Shown: positions 49,087 to 58,492 of the stretch, piece by piece | Layout of the letters: each line of letters opens with the position of its first letter | How positions within the stretch are numbered: the stretch's first letter is position 1 | Sequence record: LR745206.1 | DNA: 64,000 nt | Reading direction: 5' to 3' (one strand) | Made by a program: the position numbers and the translations under genes | The notes under the pieces: generated by a model | Told to the model about the DNA's origin: nothing | The model's database searches: none | What the model saw: the letters and a program-made list of their open reading frames with translations, nothing else

Positions 49087-50075
49087 GTATAAATGAATTT
49101 ATAAAAGATTTATCAATTAAAGATAAGAAAAACCTAGCTGGTAAGTTTACTAAGTTAATAGAAGAGACTGGTGAATTAGCTAGAGTTATTCTACCATTTG
49201 AATCGGCGCCTGGGACTAACCATAGATTCACAGATAAAGAATCTATTTTAGAAGAAATTGTTGATGTTCACCTATGTAATATGTCTATTGCTTATTCATT
49301 GGGATTTACAGAAGAAGAGTTTAATGAGATGCTGGTTAAGAAATCTAAGAAATGGTCTCAACTACAATCCAATGAGGAACAAGCACAATTCCCATTGCCA
49401 TTTGAAATACACATAACTATTGATGCTAGTGGTGTTATGGATAGATGGGAAAGACATGAGTATGATTTTGAGATAGAAGATTTTAGAGAAGTTTGTAAAG
49501 AAGTAGGAGTAAAGCCAATTGTTTTAGATTTAGAGATAAATGGTGAAAATCCAATTAAAGATGTTATGACAAGCTCAAAACATTTCGGTGATAACAGAAC
49601 TGCTTATGAAGAATCTGAAAGAATTGCTGATGGATTGATTGCTTGTGGTTATAAAGTATTGAGAAAAAAAATAGAAACGGTTCCTTGGCATCCAGCAGCA
49701 CCAGTAATATCAAATGGTTATAAAATTCCAAATGATTGCTATTTCGAAAGTCATATAGGAGTTGTTATATCACCTGATCAAAAAAAGGATTTGGATTATT
49801 TTGTTCAGAATACATTAACTGATGGTCACTTAATTGAATTATGGGGCACAGCTAAATTATCACAAAACTTTTTCAAGAAATCTAAAGATGGTAGTAAGTA
49901 TGTTAATATACTAACTTATCGGTGTGATATGATAGGTAAACCAACATTTATTTCACAAGTAGAAGCAATAAAATATTTATTGAATCAGGAAGGATTTGAA
50001 TATGAAAAGGTTGAAGTTGAATATGCTATCTATGATACAAATGTAAGTCATGATTCAAAATGGATAACTGGATAA
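49083..50075 (+). CDS. MazG-like domain fused to an uncharacterised domain
   Basis: KLIEETGELA...EEIVDV; then FEIHIT and YFESHI segments. Confidence 0.7.
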   Translation: MSINEFIKDLSIKDKKNLAGKFTKLIEETGELARVILPFESAPGTNHRFTDKESILEEIVDVHLCNMSIAYSLGFTEEEFNEMLVKKSKKWSQLQSNEEQAQFPLPFEIHITIDASGVMDRWERHEYDFEIEDFREVCKEVGVKPIVLDLEINGENPIKDVMTSSKHFGDNRTAYEESERIADGLIACGYKVLRKKIETVPWHPAAPVISNGYKIPNDCYFESHIGVVISPDQKKDLDYFVQNTLTDGHLIELWGTAKLSQNFFKKSKDGSKYVNILTYRCDMIGKPTFISQVEAIKYLLNQEGFEYEKVEVEYAIYDTNVSHDSKWITG

Positions 50076-50083
50076 TAACAAAT

Positions 50084-50338
50084 ATGATAAAGAATGGTGT
50101 TATTGCTTATAATATAGGTGATGAGGTTGTTCTATTGAGAAGAAAGAAGAGTGGGTATCCAAGAGCGATAAAAGATGATGAGGTTTATATTATACAAAAT
50201 ATAGAAAATGATCAAGTAATAGTATCACAACACTCTTCTGATGGTGTTGGTTGGATAAACCCAATAAAAGTACATAAAACATATCTAATAAACAAATCAA
50301 AACTAAGAGATATTAAAATAAACTCAATACTTAAATAA
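50084..50338 (+). CDS. hypothetical protein with RxxK motif
   Basis: Ends LRDIKINSILK. Confidence 0.6.
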   Translation: MIKNGVIAYNIGDEVVLLRRKKSGYPRAIKDDEVYIIQNIENDQVIVSQHSSDGVGWINPIKVHKTYLINKSKLRDIKINSILK

Positions 50339-50383
50339 AACAAAATCTATATAAAAGATATAAAATAAAAATAATATTAATTA

Positions 50384-51562
50384 ATGGGAAAATTAGCGCT
50401 TAATTTCATATGTAAAGATGAATCGCACATAATAGAAAGAATGTTGAATAGTGCAAAATCATTCACAGACTTAATAGTTGTTACTGATACAGGATCTACT
50501 GATGGGACACAAGATTTAATAAGAAAGTTCGGAGAAGAGAATAACATACCTACTTATGTTTATGATAGACCATTTGATAGTTTCGAAAACAGTAGAAATA
50601 ACTCAATGGAGAAATTAAGAGAAGTTGTTGCTGAACTTGGTTGGGATCCAGATAAAGTACATGGTTACTGGTTTGATTGTGATGAAACTGTTGTACTAGA
50701 TTCTAAATTTGACAAAAATCAATTCACAAAAGATTTGTATATGATGAATACATATATTGGTCAGATGAAATATACAAGAAATACTTTCTTCAAGGTTTCT
50801 AAACCATTTAGATGGTATGGTCCTGTTCATGAGTTCATTGTTTGTGATGATAAAAACATAACATCAGGTATAGCTGAAAATATACATGTTGATGTTAAAA
50901 TGGAAGGAGCATCTTGGCAGGGTAATATACCTAATAAGTATTTATCACACGCTCATACATTAGAAAAATATATAAATGATAATAGAACAGATCCACGTTG
51001 GATATTCTATACCGCTCAATCATATCATGATTCAGCTTCACTTCCAGATAATAAAGCAGAGAATGAAGAAAGATTAAGAAGAGCTCTTAAATATTATAGA
51101 GAGAGAACTTCAAGACCGGATGGTTATGGTGAAGAGATATACTATTCACAATATAGAATAGGAACTGTTATGAGAATATTAGAAGAACCTTGGTCATTAA
51201 CACACCAAGAATGTCTAAAAGCTTATGCGATGGATCCAGCGAGGGGGGAATCAATAAAAACTATAATAGATTATTATTTACAAGTTGGTGAATGGCATAT
51301 GGCTTACCTATATACTAAGTTTAGTAAGGTTAACTTTCACGGTAAAAATCCATATCCAAAAAGATTGCTATTTGTTGATGAGGCACTTTATGTTTGGAAA
51401 TTTGCGGAAGCTCATGCAGCTGCTTGTTTTTATACAGGTAGAATGGATGAAGCAAAGGCTAATTTCCAAGAAATTATTAATCTAACTAAAACTAATCCAC
51501 AATGTTTTTCACCAGAAGATCTAAAGAAGATAGAACAAAATGGACAATTTTTTAACAAATAA
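50384..51562 (+). CDS. GT2 glycosyltransferase with TPR-like C-terminus
   Basis: ICKDE, DTGSTDGT, F.NSRN, DCDE, GPVHE; helical FY.AQSY repeats. Confidence 0.85.
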   Translation: MGKLALNFICKDESHIIERMLNSAKSFTDLIVVTDTGSTDGTQDLIRKFGEENNIPTYVYDRPFDSFENSRNNSMEKLREVVAELGWDPDKVHGYWFDCDETVVLDSKFDKNQFTKDLYMMNTYIGQMKYTRNTFFKVSKPFRWYGPVHEFIVCDDKNITSGIAENIHVDVKMEGASWQGNIPNKYLSHAHTLEKYINDNRTDPRWIFYTAQSYHDSASLPDNKAENEERLRRALKYYRERTSRPDGYGEEIYYSQYRIGTVMRILEEPWSLTHQECLKAYAMDPARGESIKTIIDYYLQVGEWHMAYLYTKFSKVNFHGKNPYPKRLLFVDEALYVWKFAEAHAAACFYTGRMDEAKANFQEIINLTKTNPQCFSPEDLKKIEQNGQFFNK

Positions 51563-51564
51563 TT

Positions 51565-51717
51565 ATGTGGAAATATATTAAAGAATATTCTTGGTGTTTC
51601 TGTCTTGGTGCTGGTACTAGTATAATATCTGGATATGGGTTAGGTGATCCAGAATGGTGGTGTTTTGTTATACCAATGATAATATTGGTAATGATAAGTA
51701 AGAATAAAGATGATTAA
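51565..51717 (+). CDS. small membrane protein, 50 aa
   Basis: Hand-translated MWKYIKEYSWCFCLGAG...WWCFVIPMIILVMISKNKDD. Confidence 0.55.
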   Translation: MWKYIKEYSWCFCLGAGTSIISGYGLGDPEWWCFVIPMIILVMISKNKDD

Positions 51718-52189
51718 TATAATTGTAGCAACTTCCAAGAATAGAGTTATTGGTAATGATAATTCTTTGATATGGAGTTTACCATCAGATTTAAAAAATT
51801 TCAAGAAGTTAACAACTAACAATTCAGTTATTATGGGTCGGAAGACTTATGAGTCAATTGGTAAGCCTCTACCCAATAGGAGGAATATAATAATAACAAG
51901 ACAATCTGATTATCATGTAGATGATTGTGAGGTTGTTGGTTCTTTAGAGGAAGCTTTGTTATTATGTGGTTATAATTGTTTTATAATAGGTGGTGGTGAA
52001 ATATACAAACAATCAATTAGTATAGCTGATAAAATATATTTAACATTAATTGATGAGGACTTTGAAGGTGATACTTATTTTCCAGAAATCGGTGATGATT
52101 GGGTGGAAGTTATAAGAGAGAATAAAGAACAGGATGAAAATAATAATTATAACTACTCATTTATAGAATATGAAAGATATAAATTCTAA
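51710..52189 (+). CDS. folA: dihydrofolate reductase
   Basis: VIG..N.L.W.LP.DL..FK, MGRKTYES, LPNRRNII, IGGGEIY, GDTYFP. Confidence 0.95.
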   Translation: MINIIVATSKNRVIGNDNSLIWSLPSDLKNFKKLTTNNSVIMGRKTYESIGKPLPNRRNIIITRQSDYHVDDCEVVGSLEEALLLCGYNCFIIGGGEIYKQSISIADKIYLTLIDEDFEGDTYFPEIGDDWVEVIRENKEQDENNNYNYSFIEYERYKF

Positions 52190-52745
52190 AGGTAAATTAA
52201 TAATGATAATGGGTCCACCAGCTAGTGGTAAATCAACACTAGCAGCAGAAGTTCATACAGAATTGAAGAAGAGTGGTATTAACTCAGTCTTTGTTAGTGA
52301 GGTTGCTACAGACTTCATAGCGGAGTATGGAATACCAAGCACACCAGTTGATCAAATGGTTATTTTTTATAAACAATTAAATAGAGAGAAGATGTTTATA
52401 GATACAAAGGATTATACTATATGTGATTCTAGTTCGATATTAAACTATTTCTATTTCAGAGGATTATTTCCAAAAACCCCATCAAATAAAGATATTGCTG
52501 CTATAAATCATATACAAAAAGAAATACTAAAACACATATCAAATATAGATTACATATTTTATGTACCATCTATGAAAAGTGATAGTTTAGATGATGGGAT
52601 AAGATTTCATGATAGTAGTGAGATAGATAAAATAGGACTTTGGATAAAATCCTATTTAGAAATGGAGAATATAAAACATATAGACTTATCTAATAAAAAT
52701 ATTGGAGAAAGAGTAGGTTATATAATAAGTAGTATATTGAAATAA
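52170..52745 (+). CDS. NadR/Ttd14-like (AAA_28) nucleotide kinase
   Basis: GPPASGKST, VSEVA, CDSS, DDGIR. Confidence 0.7.
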   Translation: MKDINSKGKLIMIMGPPASGKSTLAAEVHTELKKSGINSVFVSEVATDFIAEYGIPSTPVDQMVIFYKQLNREKMFIDTKDYTICDSSSILNYFYFRGLFPKTPSNKDIAAINHIQKEILKHISNIDYIFYVPSMKSDSLDDGIRFHDSSEIDKIGLWIKSYLEMENIKHIDLSNKNIGERVGYIISSILK

Positions 52746-53012
52746 TTATTCAGCTACTGTCTCAACACCATCACTCCATACTTCAATTACTAGTGTTTCA
52801 CCACTTTCATCAATTTCCTCATATGTTTCTATTATGTATGGCTCTTCGACTTCTTTATCCATTTCTTCACCAACCATACCTATGAATAGATAAATACAAT
52901 AACATAGTAAAATTATTGTTAGTTTACCCCAATGTTTTCCAAGAAACTTCCAGAATTTATCAAGAAAATTATCAGCTTGGTCTAATTTATCACCTGCTCC
53001 TTTAATATCCAT
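52746..53012 (-). CDS. small membrane protein
   Basis: One TM segment followed by an acidic tail. Confidence 0.6.
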   Translation of the reverse strand: MDIKGAGDKLDQADNFLDKFWKFLGKHWGKLTIILLCYCIYLFIGMVGEEMDKEVEEPYIIETYEEIDESGETLVIEVWSDGVETVAE

Positions 53013-53014
53013 AA

Positions 53015-53356
53015 TTATTTACTACTTTTTATTATACTAGATAATTCAGATTTTATCTTACCAAACTCATTATATTTGAATTCTTTAGCGAACTTATTAC
53101 CTTCTTTCTTAACTCCTATATAATCATCTCTAAACATCACTTGTGATAGTTTATCATCTCCTAGATGAATCTCAAGATCATTACCAACTTGTTTAGTTTT
53201 ACAATCCTGTGATTTTACATAGTCTTGTACCTTTTTTCTGAAATTATCAATCCTGTCAGGATTAACTTCTTTATTCTTATTCTTTACTCTAACTGCTTTT
53301 TCAGCAACTCCTTCGAATAGATTAAATGATGTTAATATATTAAAAAAATAAGGCAA
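53015..53356 (-). CDS. hypothetical protein, start codon uncertain
   Basis: ORF with TSFNLFE tag-like segment; no ATG near its 5' end. Confidence 0.55.
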   Translation of the reverse strand: MPYFFNILTSFNLFEGVAEKAVRVKNKNKEVNPDRIDNFRKKVQDYVKSQDCKTKQVGNDLEIHLGDDKLSQVMFRDDYIGVKKEGNKFAKEFKYNEFGKIKSELSSIIKSSK

Positions 53357-53361
53357 AAAAA

Positions 53362-53407
53362 CTCCAAGAACGTATCCTTGGAGGGGCTATGGAAACAATA
53401 TCCATAG
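53362..53407 (-). terminator. tandem hairpins ending in a U-tract (minus strand)
   Basis: CTATGGA/TCCATAG and CTCCAAG/CTTGGAG followed by T7 on the minus strand. Confidence 0.6.
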
Positions 53408-53424
53408 TGGGGTGTATTAATTTT

Positions 53425-54093
53425 TTATTTAGAAAGAAGTTTTATTAAATCTTCTGTTATTACAGTTATCATCTTTTTACCTTCTACTGTAACAAGTGGT
53501 ATATTCTTAACCATAGAATATTTATCATTACCATCTACATAAATAGACTCTACTAACTTTTGTAATTTTGGCTCATTTTTATATTTTTTAATATAATAGG
53601 ATTTTAACTCATTAACAAATTTACCTAAATCAACACCTTCTTTGTAGTTGTATTTAACCATTTGAAGCTCATTATCTTGTTTCTCAACCATTATATACCA
53701 AATAGATTTCTTAGGAACCTTAACATTTTCGAGGAAGTTATAAGCTTTGGAAGCTTTAACATTCTTAGGGAATTTAGCAACTCTACCAAATGTTTCTACC
53801 TTTGATTCATTCTCTTCATTAAACTCATCATCTTCAAAGTCATCACCATCAAAGTCATCCTCATCATCATATAAATTTATATCTTGATCTTCCGGCATTA
53901 GATTCTTTCTAGAAGCTGGCTTCTCTATTCTAGTAGAGTTTTTTGGTAAGTTAGGATTCATTGGTAAATCCGAATCTTTATCACCAACAAGCGGCATAGA
54001 TGGATCAATCTCTTCGATCTTCTTCGATTCAGTTTTGATATCTGAGAATTTCTTGAAACCCACTATCTTCTTGTTATTTGACTTGTCTGCCAT
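53425..54093 (-). CDS. hypothetical late-type protein
   Basis: KKFSDI tag near N-terminus; acidic linker. Confidence 0.65.
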   Translation of the reverse strand: MADKSNNKKIVGFKKFSDIKTESKKIEEIDPSMPLVGDKDSDLPMNPNLPKNSTRIEKPASRKNLMPEDQDINLYDDEDDFDGDDFEDDEFNEENESKVETFGRVAKFPKNVKASKAYNFLENVKVPKKSIWYIMVEKQDNELQMVKYNYKEGVDLGKFVNELKSYYIKKYKNEPKLQKLVESIYVDGNDKYSMVKNIPLVTVEGKKMITVITEDLIKLLSK

Positions 54094-54142
54094 CCTATTA
54101 AATTAGTTTTGTTTATTATATATTAAAATTTGAAATGGTTTT

Positions 54143-54397
54143 TTATCCTTGTTGTTTATAATGATATTTATCAACTAAATAATTTTTAAAGTTCTTCATC
54201 ACGTTCATATTATCAAATAATAAAGATAATAAAGATTGTGATTTTTTAAGAAAACCATTCATAACATCATTCTCATACATATATGGTGATAATGATTTAT
54301 CAAGTATATTTTTCTCATAATCAAAATAACTATCATCATCATCATGTATATGTTTGATGTAATTTAGCTCAGTAAGTTGTTTTCTATCATATAACAT
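54143..54397 (-). CDS. small baseplate-associated protein (putative)
   Basis: Coupled to wedge gene; DYEKNILDKSLSPY. Confidence 0.5.
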   Translation of the reverse strand: MLYDRKQLTELNYIKHIHDDDDSYFDYEKNILDKSLSPYMYENDVMNGFLKKSQSLLSLLFDNMNVMKNFKNYLVDKYHYKQQG

Positions 54398-56124
54398 TAT
54401 ACACCAGATCTATTTTTTGAATCAACAATACCCTTTTTAATGATATTAACTGATTTTAGTCCACCACCATCAATATTATCAGAATAATAAACTCCATTTT
54501 TATCATACCAGCCACCTCTTATAACAGGTATCTCATTAGCTTCGAATATTATATCACCTAAGACTGGATCTAGTCCCAAAACCTCTCTTGGGTTGTAACT
54601 AGGGTCAGCTTTCGGTGTTGAGATATCAGTATTTATATTAGAATCAAATTTAGATCTTTTATTCTTAACATTTATCATATTCTTTTTATGATAGTCTTCA
54701 TTTTTCTTACATATAAATTGAACATCAACAGAGTGTATATCTATTATAGATGATAATTCTCTGATAATATCTAATTTTGGTATTCTATCTATTCTTTTCA
54801 TATCCAAGAAGTATTCAGATATTTTATCTAATATCTGAGCATTTACTGAATCATCAGTAGCATCAGAATATGGAATAACAAATATGTTCATAACATAGTA
54901 TGATATAGATGGTGAATCTACTCTATATTTTCTAGTTAATTGTATATTACCACCAGTTCTTAAATATCTATCTATCTTTGATTTCTCATATCTATCTAAT
55001 TCAAATGCTCTTATATCTATCGTGAAATAATCAGCATTTTGATTCTTGAATAATCTTATATTTGGAGTAGCTACTATAAATATTGTACCTGATTTTTCAT
55101 AAGCATTTACATGTGAAAAAACTCCTAATTTTTTAATCTCATAAGCATATTGTTGTGGTAAACCCAAAACAAAGTTGTTACTAGCTATTGGTAAAATATT
55201 CTTAGTGAATAATAAGCTTTCAGCATCAGCTCCAAAATTTATATCGGTATAAATATCAATATTAAAAATATCAGCAGCGTTTATAGTTTCCCCACTACCA
55301 TCTAATACATCACCAACAAAATCCCAATCATCTCTAGTTCTTCTAAATATATTACCTCTAGCACCATCACTTATTAAATAAGATATTTCAATTCTAGATC
55401 CAATAGGTGGTATAGCACCAAATCCACTGTTACCAAAAATAACATCTATTCCACCATTAAAACCAGTTCTAACAACACATGCCTGTTCATCTGGTAACAT
55501 TTCCCAAATATGTTTCTTTATTGACCAATAATCACCATTTACTAAAACTTCAAAATTAAAGTTCTCAACATCTTTTTGTCCTATTTCAGAAAGAGATATC
55601 GATTGTAGTTGATTACCATCTCCTGTGAAATTCTTTCTTACCCATTTTCCTTGTATTAATGGAACAAAAAATTGATAATTAGGTGTTATTCTATGTGTAA
55701 CCTTTTCAGTACCAACATTAAATGAATAATCTAATGAGTTTGTTTTATTTTTCAATAATATTCTATTATTAAATGTTATTCTAGATCCAGGAATATCTGA
55801 CTCTATATCGGTGTTTGATTTAAGTGTAAACTTTAATGTACCAGTAGCACTTATTGATCTACCTGGATTATGACCAGCGAATATAGCTGCATTTCTTATA
55901 ACTTTTTGATTTAAAGCGTTTGGATTACTTAAATCAAATTGATCAATAGCATTTTTTAAGTATAAAATTGATAATTGGTGTAAATTTTCTATAACGGATA
56001 ATATCTGTCCATATGGAGAGGCAGGACTAAATAGAACACCAGCTTTATTGTGTTCTGTTTTTAGATATCTCTCTATCTCAGCTTTAATACTACTAAATGC
56101 TATTGATGAAAATTTAACAGCCAT
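54397..56124 (-). CDS. baseplate wedge subunit (T4 gp6-like)
   Basis: N-terminal F..IK..I..YL, A..A...G..P.R.ISA.G.L, FG...FG..P, GADAES, QQY pattern of gp6/J-like wedge proteins. Confidence 0.8.
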   Translation of the reverse strand: MAVKFSSIAFSSIKAEIERYLKTEHNKAGVLFSPASPYGQILSVIENLHQLSILYLKNAIDQFDLSNPNALNQKVIRNAAIFAGHNPGRSISATGTLKFTLKSNTDIESDIPGSRITFNNRILLKNKTNSLDYSFNVGTEKVTHRITPNYQFFVPLIQGKWVRKNFTGDGNQLQSISLSEIGQKDVENFNFEVLVNGDYWSIKKHIWEMLPDEQACVVRTGFNGGIDVIFGNSGFGAIPPIGSRIEISYLISDGARGNIFRRTRDDWDFVGDVLDGSGETINAADIFNIDIYTDINFGADAESLLFTKNILPIASNNFVLGLPQQYAYEIKKLGVFSHVNAYEKSGTIFIVATPNIRLFKNQNADYFTIDIRAFELDRYEKSKIDRYLRTGGNIQLTRKYRVDSPSISYYVMNIFVIPYSDATDDSVNAQILDKISEYFLDMKRIDRIPKLDIIRELSSIIDIHSVDVQFICKKNEDYHKKNMINVKNKRSKFDSNINTDISTPKADPSYNPREVLGLDPVLGDIIFEANEIPVIRGGWYDKNGVYYSDNIDGGGLKSVNIIKKGIVDSKNRSGV

Positions 56125-56129
56125 ATTTC

Positions 56130-56456
56130 TTAATTATTTATAGTTTCTATATAATCAGAGTTAAATCTATTCTTTTCGAATATATCTTTAACATCTTTTG
56201 TAAATAAACTAACCATTGAATTTCTATCAATTAAGTCAGAATTCTCATTCAGTGGATTAGCATAATATTTCCAATTAAATCTATCACTTTCCAAATCTGT
56301 TTTAGAAATAATAACCTTTAGATTTTTATTTCCTTCAAAAATTGACAATTCAATATAATTACCAAATTGTAAATCACTTTTTTCTGAAATATTAACCTCA
56401 TTGAAGTTATTAGATAGATCACCGTGTATCATATTTATATTAGTTCTAAGGTTCAT
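56130..56456 (-). CDS. hypothetical protein
   Basis: 108 aa, TAATATATA upstream. Confidence 0.6.
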   Translation of the reverse strand: MNLRTNINMIHGDLSNNFNEVNISEKSDLQFGNYIELSIFEGNKNLKVIISKTDLESDRFNWKYYANPLNENSDLIDRNSMVSLFTKDVKDIFEKNRFNSDYIETINN

Positions 56457-56582
56457 GATGATTCTTTTTATTTTATATATTAAATATCATTACTTACTTG
56501 TTTAATTTTAGTAAAAATATACCTTGGATTATTTTATAGTTCCGATAATAAATATATACAGTAATAAAAAACAAATATGTAG

Positions 56583-57302
56583 ATGGGGATAAGCGATATA
56601 ACATCACTGATAGATAAGTATGGTATTAAAGGTGCTATATTTATAGTACTTTCATTCTTACTAATAGCTATGTTCAAGAGTAAGTGGTTTGGTAATTTAC
56701 TATCGAAGTTATCTGATAAGTTCATTGAGAGATTTATGAAGAATAGAACAAAGGATGATTCATTAACAGTTAGAAATATAAATGATTCAGATATATCAAA
56801 TCATGATATATTTAATTATATTGATTTCTGGATGTATTCAAAAATACCAACATTTCACTTCTCAACTGAATATAGAATAGTTGTTTTTAGAAAATATCTA
56901 ACAGTATATCTTAGAAGTTATAAATCAAATATCTCCAAATTTGTTATCAATAAAGAGTATCAAGAGATGGATGATCCAAAAATATCAAAAGCTCTTTTAG
57001 ATCTAATAAATAGAATTGTTTATGATTATGAGAAAGAGATGGAGCAAGTTGGGTTACCAAAAGTAGTTATTGAAAAGATGAAAACTAAAAATAATGATAC
57101 TATAACTCTAATGATTGATCTAATAAAAGGTGTTTGTAGTTCGCAGTTCTATTCATCTGATAAAAACTACTTAAAAGTTTACTCAATATTAAATATACTA
57201 TTGTCTGTATTAGAAAATACAATAAGTAATTCTGAATCTGTTTGTAACAGTATAAACGGTCAATTGAAGGGATTAACCTTTGATGGTAAAAAAGAACCTT
57301 AA
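56583..57302 (+). CDS. single-pass membrane protein (possible holin-like)
   Basis: N-terminal TM (GAIFIVLSFLLIAMF) followed by a large soluble domain. Confidence 0.5.
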   Translation: MGISDITSLIDKYGIKGAIFIVLSFLLIAMFKSKWFGNLLSKLSDKFIERFMKNRTKDDSLTVRNINDSDISNHDIFNYIDFWMYSKIPTFHFSTEYRIVVFRKYLTVYLRSYKSNISKFVINKEYQEMDDPKISKALLDLINRIVYDYEKEMEQVGLPKVVIEKMKTKNNDTITLMIDLIKGVCSSQFYSSDKNYLKVYSILNILLSVLENTISNSESVCNSINGQLKGLTFDGKKEP

Positions 57303-57304
57303 AA

Positions 57305-57733
57305 ATGAAACACTTAAAGAAATTTAATGAGGAATTGGTTCCTAGATTCCCCTCATATAATAGAGGTGAAGTGATTGTTTTTTCTAAAGATTTGGATTAT
57401 AAAAGTGCTCAAATGTTTGCTAAGAAGCTTGGTTATGAAATAACAGGTGAGGTTAGAGATGATGGATACTTAGTAAAAACTCCAATTGGTGAAGAGGAAC
57501 AAGCTGGTGCTGATTTTGTTGATAATTATCCAGAATTCTTTTATAGTTACGAAAGGGAAGATATCAAAGATACTATGGTGTACGATGAGTTGGATGATAT
57601 CAAAAGTGATATTGAAGATTTAAGAGATTCATTAGGTAGTCTAAATAAGTTTGGTAAGAGTTTATTACCAAATGATTGGAATGATAATATAGATAAAATT
57701 ATTACAAGACTACAAAATACAAAACATGAATAA
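57305..57733 (+). CDS. tagged hypothetical protein
   Basis: MKHLKKFNEEL. Confidence 0.65.
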   Translation: MKHLKKFNEELVPRFPSYNRGEVIVFSKDLDYKSAQMFAKKLGYEITGEVRDDGYLVKTPIGEEEQAGADFVDNYPEFFYSYEREDIKDTMVYDELDDIKSDIEDLRDSLGSLNKFGKSLLPNDWNDNIDKIITRLQNTKHE

Positions 57734-57929
57734 AATAAAATCATTTAAATTATTTGAATCGGAAATATCTTGGAAGTCTTTTGAAGAATTTTTAAATGAT
57801 GTACAAGATGTTTTTGTTGAAATAATGGATGATGATATTCTAATAAGTGAATATGGTCAATATTCATTCATTTATCAAGATGATGATGTATCTATGATTA
57901 TAATGAATCAGTTGATAAAATCAAATTAA
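57726..57929 (+). CDS. short tagged protein, possibly truncated
   Basis: MNKIKSFKLFES; DVQDVFVEIMDD. Confidence 0.55.
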   Translation: MNKIKSFKLFESEISWKSFEEFLNDVQDVFVEIMDDDILISEYGQYSFIYQDDDVSMIIMNQLIKSN

Positions 57930-57943
57930 CAATAACATTATTA

Positions 57944-58492
57944 TCAGTACATTAATCCATAAACATCATCCGCATTGAAATCTGGATCAGTTATTTTCAA
58001 GTCATAATCGGTAAAGTTTTTAAAATCATCTTCATCAGCATCCAATCTTCTTTTAATAGAATCATTTTTATCCTCTCTTATATGTAGTCTTGATTCCCTG
58101 ATTTTCCTGGAAATATCCAAATAAACAATGAAACAATCTTTTCTTTGTTCTGGTGTTATATCCTCAAACTCACCAGGTGTCATGATAAATATTTGTGACT
58201 TTTCAAATTCCTCTAATGTTATACCATAATACCATTTTTCTGGATCAGAATTTTCAGGAGTAACTTCAAACTCTTGATATGTTAGAAACCTATTCTCATT
58301 AATAGATTGTATAAATTCATAATCATCAACAAAATTATACGTAATTCCTTGTTGTTCAGACTTTCTTTTAGGTCTTGTTGTCCATTTTAGACATGGATTT
58401 AGACCCTTTTCTGCTAGATTTCTCATTAAGAAGTCTTTCCCAGATCCTGATGGTCCAATAATAACAACTTTCTCTTTTTTAATACTTGTCAT
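57944..58492 (-). CDS. gmk: guanylate kinase-like protein
   Basis: IIGPSGSGKD, WTTRPKR.SE..G..YNFV, YYGI, IKRRLDAD. Confidence 0.8.
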   Translation of the reverse strand: MTSIKKEKVVIIGPSGSGKDFLMRNLAEKGLNPCLKWTTRPKRKSEQQGITYNFVDDYEFIQSINENRFLTYQEFEVTPENSDPEKWYYGITLEEFEKSQIFIMTPGEFEDITPEQRKDCFIVYLDISRKIRESRLHIREDKNDSIKRRLDADEDDFKNFTDYDLKITDPDFNADDVYGLMY

